This document shows, piece after piece, positions 20,342 through 28,649 of a DNA stretch of 64,000 nucleotides. The stretch lies in assembly GCA_024281175.1 (NCBI GenBank), contig JAMJTW010000008.1, positions 15,341 through 79,340 on the forward strand, given 5' to 3'. A program made the position numbers and the translations under genes. The first letter of the stretch is position 1; the number at the start of each line of letters is the position of its first letter. The DNA comes from Candidatus Thiovulum imperiosus (GTDB taxonomy: Bacteria; Campylobacterota; Campylobacteria; Campylobacterales; Thiovulaceae). Under the pieces are notes generated by a model. The model had not been told where the DNA came from. It did no database searches and saw nothing but the letters and a program-made list of their open reading frames with translations.

Positions 20342-21381
20342 TAGTTTCCAACTTGTTCAGCAACCTCTTCAGCAAAAGATTTTGCAACTTTCTTTTCAAG
20401 TCCTTCACCAAGCTCATATCGGAGATATCCAACAATTTCAGCTTTAGCTCCAGCTTTTTTTGCCTCTTTTTCTACTGCTTCGGCAACAGTCATAGAGTCG
20501 TCCATAACAAAGTTCTGGTCAAGAAGAGCCATCTCTTTATCAAGAGTTGTGTTATCAGCGATAAATCTATCAAGTTTACCAGGAACGATTTTATCCCAAA
20601 TCTTTTCAGGTTTCTTTTGAGCTTTGAGTTCAGCTTCAATTTCAGTTTTTGCAGAAGCTAAAACCTCATCAGTAAGCTGTTGTCTTGAGATGTAAAGAGG
20701 AACATTTTTAAGAGGTTTTCCAAGTCTTTCTAATTCTTCATTCTCATTTTTGATTGCTTCAATTCTACCTTTTGTCTCTTCAGCCACAAACTCAGGAGAA
20801 AAATCTTTATATGAAAGTGTAGTTGGTTTCATTGCAGAAGCGTGCATTGCTACATTTTTAGCAATTGTTCTCATCTCTTCGGGTTTATCTGTTGCAATTT
20901 GAATTAGAACTCCAACTCTACCGTTTGAGTGAACATATCCATTTACAACATCACCAGAAAGTGTTCCAAATCTTCTAGCTACTATCTTTTCACCAATTTT
21001 CGCTGTTTCGCTAGTAAAATATTCTCCAAACTCTCCAGATAGAGCATCTTCTACTGTTTCTGCTTCAGAGTTATGAAAGTGTGCAGTACTCTCTTTTACA
21101 AGATTTTGGAAACCTTCGTTTTTAGAAACAAAGTCTGTTTCAGAATTTATCTCTGCAATTGTTGCACTACCAAAATCTTCTGCTACAAAAACACCAACAA
21201 GTCCTTCACTCGCTACTCTATCAGCTTTCTTACCAGCTTTAGAAATACCTTTATCTCTTAAAATCTCTTTCGCTTTCTCAAAATCACCCTCAGCCTCAAC
21301 AAGAGCTTTCTTACAATCCATCATTGGAGCGTCAGTTGCTGTCCGAAGCTCTTTTACCATCTTTGCATCAATTTTTGCCAT
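20341..21381 (-). CDS. tsf: Translation elongation factor Ts
   Basis: MAKIDAKMVKELRTATDAPMMDCKKALVEAEGDFEKA N-terminus (UBA-like). ORF-track start at 21672 is a spurious 97-codon extension; true ATG is at 21381. Confidence 0.9.
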   Translation of the reverse strand: MAKIDAKMVKELRTATDAPMMDCKKALVEAEGDFEKAKEILRDKGISKAGKKADRVASEGLVGVFVAEDFGSATIAEINSETDFVSKNEGFQNLVKESTAHFHNSEAETVEDALSGEFGEYFTSETAKIGEKIVARRFGTLSGDVVNGYVHSNGRVGVLIQIATDKPEEMRTIAKNVAMHASAMKPTTLSYKDFSPEFVAEETKGRIEAIKNENEELERLGKPLKNVPLYISRQQLTDEVLASAKTEIEAELKAQKKPEKIWDKIVPGKLDRFIADNTTLDKEMALLDQNFVMDDSMTVAEAVEKEAKKAGAKAEIVGYLRYELGEGLEKKVAKSFAEEVAEQVGN

Positions 21382-21488
21382 ATAAACTATTCTCTGAAAT
21401 TTTTTGCGAATTCTATCAAATATAAGTAAAAGTCTATATACTTTTCTATGCAAATGCTTACGATACAATTTTGTAAAAAAGGATAGAT

Positions 21489-21857
21489 ATGAGATATCTT
21501 CTTTTGCTTCTATTTTTTGTAGGCTGTTCCAACATACAAGCACCAGAGCAGAGTGATTTACAACTACCTGAAAAAAGCAATTTGCAAGTGCCAAAGCAGA
21601 GTAGTATCGGAGAAGAGATTTACAAAGATAGGTGTGTTGCTTGTCATGGTGAGAATGGAGAAAAATTAGCACTTGGAAAATCTGAAGCGATAGGTGGTTG
21701 GGATAAAGAGAAAACAGAAAAAGTGTTTGAAGGTTATTTAAATAATACTTATGGCAAAGAGTTGAAAGCTCTTATGAAAATGCAAATTGGACATATGTCT
21801 AAAGAAAGATTAGTTCAACTTGCTGAATATATCTCAACTCTCTCTGGAAAAGAGTAA
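21489..21857 (+). CDS. Small c-type cytochrome lipoprotein
   Basis: Lipobox LFFVGCS, single haem motif CVACHG, distal Met region. Confidence 0.75.
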   Translation: MRYLLLLLFFVGCSNIQAPEQSDLQLPEKSNLQVPKQSSIGEEIYKDRCVACHGENGEKLALGKSEAIGGWDKEKTEKVFEGYLNNTYGKELKALMKMQIGHMSKERLVQLAEYISTLSGKE

Positions 21858-21904
21858 AGAACGGGACTGACCAAATAGAGTATTTTTATGCTTTGATAAC
21901 TTAT

Positions 21905-22076
21905 ATTTCGAACCCTTTAGGGTGAGAAATCTTTTACCCCTGAGTAAAACGATACATTGCTAAGATTTCTCAATCGCTACGCTCATATCGAAATGACAAG
22001 AGAGGCTGAAGCCTATTTTTGAGAAATCTCGGAAAGAAAACCTCTCCATTTGAGGTGACAGGAAAAGTTATTTGGT
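21905..22076. repeat. Cluster of three intergenic repeat modules in alternating orientation (BIME-like)
   Basis: 21905-21934 matches the reverse complement of 50561-50590 (about 26/30). 21962-21997 matches the reverse complement of 50611-50647 (about 31/36). 22021-22076 matches 23329-23384 (46/56). Confidence 0.8.
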
Positions 22077-22195
22077 AAGTATATAACTTTAAGCTTATAA
22101 TATTAAATATAGGAAAAAATGGAAGGTCAAACAGTCAAACTACTTTTTTTGGAAACTTACAGAGAAGCCAGAAAAGATAGATTTAGGTTCATTTT

Positions 22196-23305
22196 TTGAA
22201 GATAATTAATGTTTTAGATCTCTTTGCGGGAGTTGGTGGACTTAGTTATGGTTTTGCAAATGACAAACAGTTTCAGATTATAGCTTCTAATGAGATACTT
22301 CCTGATATGGCAAAAGCTTATTCTCTAAATCATCCTACAGTTAAAGTTTACAATAAAGATATAAAAGAGTTTGGTTTTATAGATTTAGAAAAAGATTTGA
22401 GTATTAAAAAAGGAGCAATTGATTTAATTATTGGAGGTCCTCCCTGTCAATCATTTTCAACAGTTGGGAAAAGAGTTATTGATGACCCAAGAGGATGGCT
22501 TTTTCAAGAATACTATAGAGTCTTAAAAGAGGTAAAGCCAAAAGTTTTTCTTTTTGAAAATGTTAAAGGTCTTCTCTCTATGCAGAAAGGAGAATTATTA
22601 AAAACAATAATTTCTCTTTTTGAATCTTTAAATTACAAAGTTCAATATAGAGTTTTGAATTCCGCAGATTATGGTGTTCCACAGATGAGAGAAAGAGTAA
22701 TTCTTATAGGAACAAAACTGAAATCTCAATTTCAATATCCAAAACAGACTCACTCTAATTCTCAGGATATTTTTTCTCAAAATTTACTACCATATTTAAC
22801 TCTTTCTGATGCAATAGGAGATTTACCATTTATTGGAAATGGTGAAATAGGTGTAGATTATAAAAGTGAACCAAAAAACGAATTTCAGAAAAAAATGAGA
22901 ATCAAAGCTCCAAATAAATTAGTTGATCACATATCTCCAAAAAACAATGAAAAACTTATACAACTTATGAATTCTCTACCTGATGGAGGAACACCACTTG
23001 ATATTCCTGAAGAACTAAGACCAAAAAGTGGTTTTAAAAATACCTATTCTCGATTATGGTGGGAAAGACCTTCCACCACAATTACAAGAAACTTAGGAAC
23101 ACCATCTTCTTCAAGATGTATTCACCCAAAAGTATCAAGACCTTTAACAACAAGAGAAGGAGCTAGAATTCAGTCTTTTCCTGATAATTATATATTTTAT
23201 GGTTCAAGAAGTTCAAAAAATCTTCAAATTGGAAATGCAGTACCACCTATCCTTTCAGAGGTTCTAAAAAACTCTATTAAAGAACATTTTAGAAAATCTT
23301 TGTAA
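22196..23305 (+). CDS. DNA (cytosine-5)-methyltransferase, all conserved motifs intact
   Basis: Motif I DLFAGVGG, IV GGPPCQSFS, VI ENVKGL, VIII QMRERV, X GNAVPP; TTG start. Confidence 0.9.
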   Translation: MKIINVLDLFAGVGGLSYGFANDKQFQIIASNEILPDMAKAYSLNHPTVKVYNKDIKEFGFIDLEKDLSIKKGAIDLIIGGPPCQSFSTVGKRVIDDPRGWLFQEYYRVLKEVKPKVFLFENVKGLLSMQKGELLKTIISLFESLNYKVQYRVLNSADYGVPQMRERVILIGTKLKSQFQYPKQTHSNSQDIFSQNLLPYLTLSDAIGDLPFIGNGEIGVDYKSEPKNEFQKKMRIKAPNKLVDHISPKNNEKLIQLMNSLPDGGTPLDIPEELRPKSGFKNTYSRLWWERPSTTITRNLGTPSSSRCIHPKVSRPLTTREGARIQSFPDNYIFYGSRSSKNLQIGNAVPPILSEVLKNSIKEHFRKSL

Positions 23306-23328
23306 CTACTACCAATTCCCCTCTTGTA

Positions 23329-23384
23329 GAGAAATCTTGGAAAGGAGATCTCTCCATTCGAGGTGATAGGAATGGCTATTTAGT
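23329..23384 (+). repeat. Direct copy of the 56-nt repeat module found at 22021-22076
   Basis: 46/56 identical by manual alignment; begins GAGAAATCTTGGAAAG and contains CTCTCCATTCGAGGTGATAGG. Confidence 0.8.
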
Positions 23385-23486
23385 CACTCCCAAAAAAATT
23401 TCGGAATAGAAGTTTCTAGCACTTACAGTAACTGTTGGAAATTATATTTTGATAAAATCTATTCAATATTTTAAAGGGGACAATAA

Positions 23487-23990
23487 GTGGAAAGTAATTT
23501 GCTTACAGTAAATGAGTATGCTGATATAGAGGGAGTGAGTAAAGCAACAGTTTATAATTTGATAAAAAGTGGTGAGTTAAAATCTATTGTTAAAAATGGG
23601 AAAAAGATGATTTTAAAAGAAGCTGTTGCTGTTGAAATTGTAGAAAACAGTAGAGTTGATTTAGAAGAGGTTCAATATTTAAGAAAAAGAGTCAAAGAGT
23701 TAGAAAACTATACAGCATTATTCAACTCTATTTTAGAAGAGAATAGAGATTTAAAGAGAGATAATAGAAAACTTATTGAAAATTTAGTTCAGAAAGTTGA
23801 AGAGAGTGAAAGTGTAGTTGAAGTTGAACTTCATGAGTACCTCATCGCCAACGGTTTTACAAAAAGAGAGAGAGAAAGATTTGAAGAGAAGTTAGGTAGT
23901 TCTAAGGATAAGAGAGTTAAAAAAAGAAAAGGCAAAATATATCTTGATATAGAAAAGTATAGTTTTAAGGATATTTTACTTGAGAGTTAA
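23487..23990 (+). CDS. Helix-turn-helix (excisionase/MerR-like HTH) coiled-coil protein
   Basis: LTVNEYADIEGVSKATVYNLIKSGELKS N-terminal HTH; GTG start with AAAGGGGA RBS; overlaps truA start by 11 nt. Confidence 0.65.
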   Translation: MESNLLTVNEYADIEGVSKATVYNLIKSGELKSIVKNGKKMILKEAVAVEIVENSRVDLEEVQYLRKRVKELENYTALFNSILEENRDLKRDNRKLIENLVQKVEESESVVEVELHEYLIANGFTKRERERFEEKLGSSKDKRVKKRKGKIYLDIEKYSFKDILLES

Positions 23991-24699
23991 AGGTGAATTA
24001 GCTTACGATGGTTCCCAATTTTTCGGTTCTCAATTTCAACCAAATCTTAGAACTGTAATTGGAGAACTTCAAACTATCTTAAACTCTTTTGGAGTAGATG
24101 CAAAAATCTATATGAGTGGACGAACTGATAAAGGTGTTCACTCTTTTGGGCAAGTTTTCCATTTTGATGCTCCTGACTTCTGGAAAATAGAGAAACTCTT
24201 ATACATTTTTCAAAAACATCTTCCAGCTTCTATTAAAATTTTAAAATTATCTGAAACTTATTCAAATTTTCACTCAAGATTTGATGCAAAAGAGAGAGTC
24301 TACCGCTACATATTTTCTACTAAAAATAGTTCTCCATTTTTAACAAATTACATTACTTATAAAAATTTTCATAATTTCGATTTTGCAAAACTTTCTCAAA
24401 TAGTACTTTTCAAAGGAAAACACAATTTCAAGAGTTTCTCAAAAAATGGTTCAAATCCCACTTCCTATTTTAGAACTATCTCTGAAACGAGAGCTTATAA
24501 ATTCCGAGACTTCTATGTTTTGAAATTTAAAGGAAACTCTTTTCTTCGTTCTCAAGTTAGAATGATGGTTTCTGCTCTTTTTGAACTTGGAAAAGGAACT
24601 ATCTCAGAAACAGATATTTTAGAAGCTCTAAAAGGTGATGAATTGCAATTGAAACCTGCACCATCAAATGGACTCTATCTCTGGAAAGTTATATATTGA
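23980..24699 (+). CDS. truA: tRNA pseudouridine(38-40) synthase
   Basis: LAYDGSQFFGSQFQ N-terminus, catalytic GRTDKGVHSFGQV motif; TTG start. Confidence 0.85.
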   Translation: MRVKGELAYDGSQFFGSQFQPNLRTVIGELQTILNSFGVDAKIYMSGRTDKGVHSFGQVFHFDAPDFWKIEKLLYIFQKHLPASIKILKLSETYSNFHSRFDAKERVYRYIFSTKNSSPFLTNYITYKNFHNFDFAKLSQIVLFKGKHNFKSFSKNGSNPTSYFRTISETRAYKFRDFYVLKFKGNSFLRSQVRMMVSALFELGKGTISETDILEALKGDELQLKPAPSNGLYLWKVIY

Positions 24700-26252
24700 G
24701 ATATTTTGGAATAGTGTTTCTATTTTTTGGCTGTTCAAAAGTTGATACACTACAATTGAAGCCTATTGAGATAAACTCAACTGAACCATCACAAATATCT
24801 ATTTTCTTTCAAGCCACTATTGGAGATAAAGCCATTCCTTATCTTAAAAACGAAGATTTTCTTATATTTGAAAATGGAGAGCAGATTTCAAAAGATATCT
24901 CAAATCAGAAACTGTTAAAAGAAGTTCCTCTTTTTGAAAAGAACATAATTGCAATTGATATTAGTGATATGAAAGATGATGAAAAGAACCTCATCGCCTC
25001 TCAACTTCTGGAGTGGCTAGACTATATTCCGATAGACAAAAATAGAGAGATGATGGTGACTCTCTTTGATGAAAATGTCTATCTACTCCAAGATTTCACA
25101 TCGGATAGAATGAAGATAGCCATGGCAATTCAAAAAATTCCAGCTGTATCAAGTAACAAAGTCTCTAATCTTTATGACAATTACTCTAAACTTACATCTC
25201 TCTGGAGTGATGAATTCTCCCATGAAGAAGCTAAAACAGGTTCTCTAATCCTTATCACAAATGGTGGTGATAAAAGTGGAAAGATATCTTTAGAAAATGC
25301 AAAAAAGAGAGTTGGAAAAAAGAGAGTTTATGTTGTTGGAGTTGGTGAAAATGCAGATTATGAAAACCTCTCTCAACTTGGAGTTTACTGGAGAGCGAAA
25401 AATTTTAGAGAGTTGGAAATTTCAATTAGAGAGATAGGAAAAGAGATGATAAATTATCGAGATAGTTTCTATCTTTTAAGCTATTTGAGTCCAAAACGGG
25501 GCGGAAATAATCATACTCTAACTCTTAAAGTTGCTGGTTATGAGAGTCAAATACGAGCAAAGTTTGACTCATCAAGATTTAGTAGTCCAGTTCCAGATTT
25601 ACAACTAAAAGTAGATAAAAAGAAGAGTGGAAAAGATAGAGTTGCAGTTCAAGTAAAAACTCTTTTTGGTAGAGAAGATAGTGAATTTCTTTGGAAAGTG
25701 GAAGACCAATCTGTTGCAACAATGACGATAGGAACAGCTGGGAAAGAGGCGATTTTCTACTCTCCAGATAGTAGTTATGGAAAGACAGAAATATCTGTAA
25801 CAGATATTGGAAATAGAATTTCAAAAAAGTTTACTCTCTTTTCAGGAGTTTTGAAAGATGAATTTTTCGATTTTCAAGAGAACAAATTTCCAGAAGCATT
25901 TCGTAGTGAAGGTGATGAGGTTTGGAAACTCTATAAGAGAAATGGAAATATACTTTTAAAAAGTGGTGATATTCGAGATGGGGAGACTTCAACTTTAATT
26001 CTTGATGGAGACTTTTTAGCCAACAGAATTGCATTTAAATTTCGAGTCTCTTCAGAAGAGGGGTGTGATGAGTTCTGGTTCTATATAGATGATAAAGGGT
26101 TTTATCAATCTGGAGAAGTTCCTTGGAGTTATATAGAGTATCCAATCACTCCAGGTAAACATAGATTGAAGTGGATATATACAAAAGATGGAACTAATTC
26201 AAAGTATATGGACTCTGTCTGGATTGATGAGGTTCAAATATTTTCAAAATAG
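24696..26252 (+). CDS. Lipoprotein with vWA-like central region and C-terminal beta-sandwich-like domain
   Basis: Lipobox LFFGCS; LILITNGGDKSG / VYVVGVGENAD pattern resembling a vWA fold; C-terminal WIYTKDGTNSKYMDSVWIDEVQI. Function unknown. Confidence 0.6.
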   Translation: MRYFGIVFLFFGCSKVDTLQLKPIEINSTEPSQISIFFQATIGDKAIPYLKNEDFLIFENGEQISKDISNQKLLKEVPLFEKNIIAIDISDMKDDEKNLIASQLLEWLDYIPIDKNREMMVTLFDENVYLLQDFTSDRMKIAMAIQKIPAVSSNKVSNLYDNYSKLTSLWSDEFSHEEAKTGSLILITNGGDKSGKISLENAKKRVGKKRVYVVGVGENADYENLSQLGVYWRAKNFRELEISIREIGKEMINYRDSFYLLSYLSPKRGGNNHTLTLKVAGYESQIRAKFDSSRFSSPVPDLQLKVDKKKSGKDRVAVQVKTLFGREDSEFLWKVEDQSVATMTIGTAGKEAIFYSPDSSYGKTEISVTDIGNRISKKFTLFSGVLKDEFFDFQENKFPEAFRSEGDEVWKLYKRNGNILLKSGDIRDGETSTLILDGDFLANRIAFKFRVSSEEGCDEFWFYIDDKGFYQSGEVPWSYIEYPITPGKHRLKWIYTKDGTNSKYMDSVWIDEVQIFSK

Positions 26253-26351
26253 ATAAAAATTTCAGAATTTGTGTAAATAGAACTCTTTTAAACAAGAGGA
26301 TTTTTTGATAAAATTGGAGTTGTTTATTAATAGTTCCTGTTGGAGAGTAGA

Positions 26352-28235
26352 ATGTTTGGAAATTCCAGCTTAAGATCACAATTTAAAATGCTTGTAGCCC
26401 CTATTATGGTTATGTCGTCCATATTAATACTATTTATCACATTTAATGAATATAAGAATATAGTTAAACTAGAAAATTTGGAAAAAGATATAAATGTTGT
26501 TGAAGATTTAAGAAAACTAATAACTCTAATTACAAAAGAGAGGGAGATTAGTATAAATATATTGCTAAATAGTAATGCGATGGGAAGAAGACTTGAAAGA
26601 GCTTTAGTAAGAGAGAGAAGTTTAAACTCGACAAGAGTAAAATCCCTTAAACAGAAATTAGAAAGTTATGATGTTGCAGAGTTAAAAACAAAGCCGTTTC
26701 TATTTAAAGTTTCAAATATTGTTGGAGACTTGGAAGAGGAGTTGAGTTCTATAAGAAAAAAACTTGATAATCGAGAAATAACTCCAGCTGAAACTGTATC
26801 ATTTTACACAAACCTCATCTCTACATTTATTGATACAATTGCTACTGCTTCAGTTGATATAGAAGACTCTTATATAAGTAAAAATATAGTTTTATACTCT
26901 CTATTTTTAAACTATTATGATATTTCAACTCAGAGAGAAATTCTAGTCTCAAGAGTGATTTCACAAAAAGAGATTGATGATGATATATTTACAAGTATTG
27001 TAAAGTTAGATGCTGAAAGAGTAGTTGTAACTTCTCTAATAAAAAGCCTTGTTTCAGAAGAGCTATTTAACCATTATGATAGATTGAGCCATACAAACGA
27101 ATTTGAAAATATAGAGAGTGTTACAAATGCCATTTTAAACAAAGATATTGAAAAAATAGAGTTGATAACTTATAGAGATTTTATGTCTGTATCAGCTAAA
27201 TATAATAAGACTTTAAAAGAGTTGGGGGATTATATATCTAGCAATATATCAGAAGAGATGAGTCATATGATTGATGAACAAGAAGAGAGAGAGTCTTTAC
27301 TAACTTTAGTATTTTTTGTAGGCTCATTAATAATTCTTTTATCAACTTATTCTGTATATAACTATTTAAGAGAGACTCTTTTCTTTGGAACTATTCAAAT
27401 TAGAAGTAAAATTCTAAGAGTTGTTTCAGATATCTCCTATGAAAAAAATGAGAGTAAAAATGAGATAACTTCTCTTATCTCTCTTGTTAGTCTATTTGTA
27501 AAAGTGATAAAAGAGACTCTTGAAAAAATTAGAGCAAATTTTAGAGATATTGTAAATCTCTCTAATCACCTTTCTGAGTCTTCAGAAGTTATTGTAAATC
27601 ATCTTCAAAAACAGAGTCAATATCTTCAAGATATAAATCTTCAAATGGCTCTATTTTTAGAAAATATTCAAAATAGTGAAATAAGTTTTGAGAATTTAAA
27701 AGAGATAATTGAAGATAGTTCGGCAAAAATCAACAATTTAAATTTAGATGTTGTCTATATCTCTTATGAAGTTTTAAGTTTAAAAGATTTAAATAGAAAA
27801 ATTAGTGACAACCATGTCATCTTAAAAGAGATGGTTTTACAAAATATTTCTGCTCTTCAAAGTGGCGATGAGGTTCAAATCTCTGAAACGATGAACTCTT
27901 TTCAAAAAATGGTAGAGATTATAGACCAGCAGAAAGATATTATGCATGAGAAAGAGATAAAACTATCAAACTTAAGCAAAACTGCTCTTACAATCAAAAA
28001 AGATGCTGAATTAAATAATGCTAATCTTAGTGATATATTGGGTGTAATTACAGTTTTAGGTTATGAGACAAAGATGATAACACACGATATCAATACAACA
28101 GTAGAAGATAATAATAAGTTTATTGAAAAATCTAAAATTATGGTTCAAAAGAGTGAATTTGTATCTTCTGATGTTAAGATGTTGAATAGATATATCATCT
28201 CTCTTGACAAAGAGTTTAACCGCTTCCGTTTTTAA
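26352..28235 (+). CDS. Membrane sensor with NIT-like periplasmic domain and long MCP-like coiled coil (no canonical signalling tip seen)
   Basis: TM1 near the N-terminus; helical domain of about 300 aa with LITLITKEREISINILL (NIT-like); TM2 LLTLVFFVGSLIILLSTYSV; coiled coil ending FNRFRF. I prefer ATG 26352 (GGAGAG RBS) over TTG 26340. Confidence 0.6.
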   Translation: MFGNSSLRSQFKMLVAPIMVMSSILILFITFNEYKNIVKLENLEKDINVVEDLRKLITLITKEREISINILLNSNAMGRRLERALVRERSLNSTRVKSLKQKLESYDVAELKTKPFLFKVSNIVGDLEEELSSIRKKLDNREITPAETVSFYTNLISTFIDTIATASVDIEDSYISKNIVLYSLFLNYYDISTQREILVSRVISQKEIDDDIFTSIVKLDAERVVVTSLIKSLVSEELFNHYDRLSHTNEFENIESVTNAILNKDIEKIELITYRDFMSVSAKYNKTLKELGDYISSNISEEMSHMIDEQEERESLLTLVFFVGSLIILLSTYSVYNYLRETLFFGTIQIRSKILRVVSDISYEKNESKNEITSLISLVSLFVKVIKETLEKIRANFRDIVNLSNHLSESSEVIVNHLQKQSQYLQDINLQMALFLENIQNSEISFENLKEIIEDSSAKINNLNLDVVYISYEVLSLKDLNRKISDNHVILKEMVLQNISALQSGDEVQISETMNSFQKMVEIIDQQKDIMHEKEIKLSNLSKTALTIKKDAELNNANLSDILGVITVLGYETKMITHDINTTVEDNNKFIEKSKIMVQKSEFVSSDVKMLNRYIISLDKEFNRFRF

Positions 28236-28277
28236 GACGATATTTATTAAGTTAAAATTTAAAAAGAGAGGAAAAGA

Positions 28278-28646
28278 ATGACAACTCAGAGTAATAACTT
28301 TTCTAGCGAACTCAATCAGGGTAGTGTAAAACCTTCTCAATTGACAATGGCTGGATTAACTACGGATAGAGAAGCAGAGGCAAATACTAAACAGTTCCAG
28401 AAAGTTGAAATTGCTAAAGCTCAACAGATGACTAAAGATAATATGAAGTCTTTAGTTGATGAGTTGAATAGTACTTTACAAAATGAAAATGTAAATTTCA
28501 AATATCATGAAGATGCTGAGTCAATGTATATTGTTGTTACAGATAAAAATACAGGAGATGAGATTAGAAAAATTCCAAATGAGGACGCTTTAAGACTCTC
28601 TGCTGCTGTCAAAGAGATAGGAAATATCCTAGACCAAAAAGGGTAA
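28278..28646 (+). CDS. flaG: Flagellar protein FlaG
   Basis: KYHEDAESMYIVVTDKNTGDEIRKIPNEDALRL C-terminal FlaG signature; precedes fliD. Confidence 0.8.
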   Translation: MTTQSNNFSSELNQGSVKPSQLTMAGLTTDREAEANTKQFQKVEIAKAQQMTKDNMKSLVDELNSTLQNENVNFKYHEDAESMYIVVTDKNTGDEIRKIPNEDALRLSAAVKEIGNILDQKG

Positions 28647-28649
28647 AAA

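Noticed and set aside
21382-21672. 97-codon N-terminal extension of the tsf ORF in the track (start at 21672)
   Set aside because: The extension is Cys/His/Leu-rich nonsense and overlaps the divergent cytochrome c gene. EF-Ts begins with the conserved MAKIDAKMVKELR at ATG 21381.
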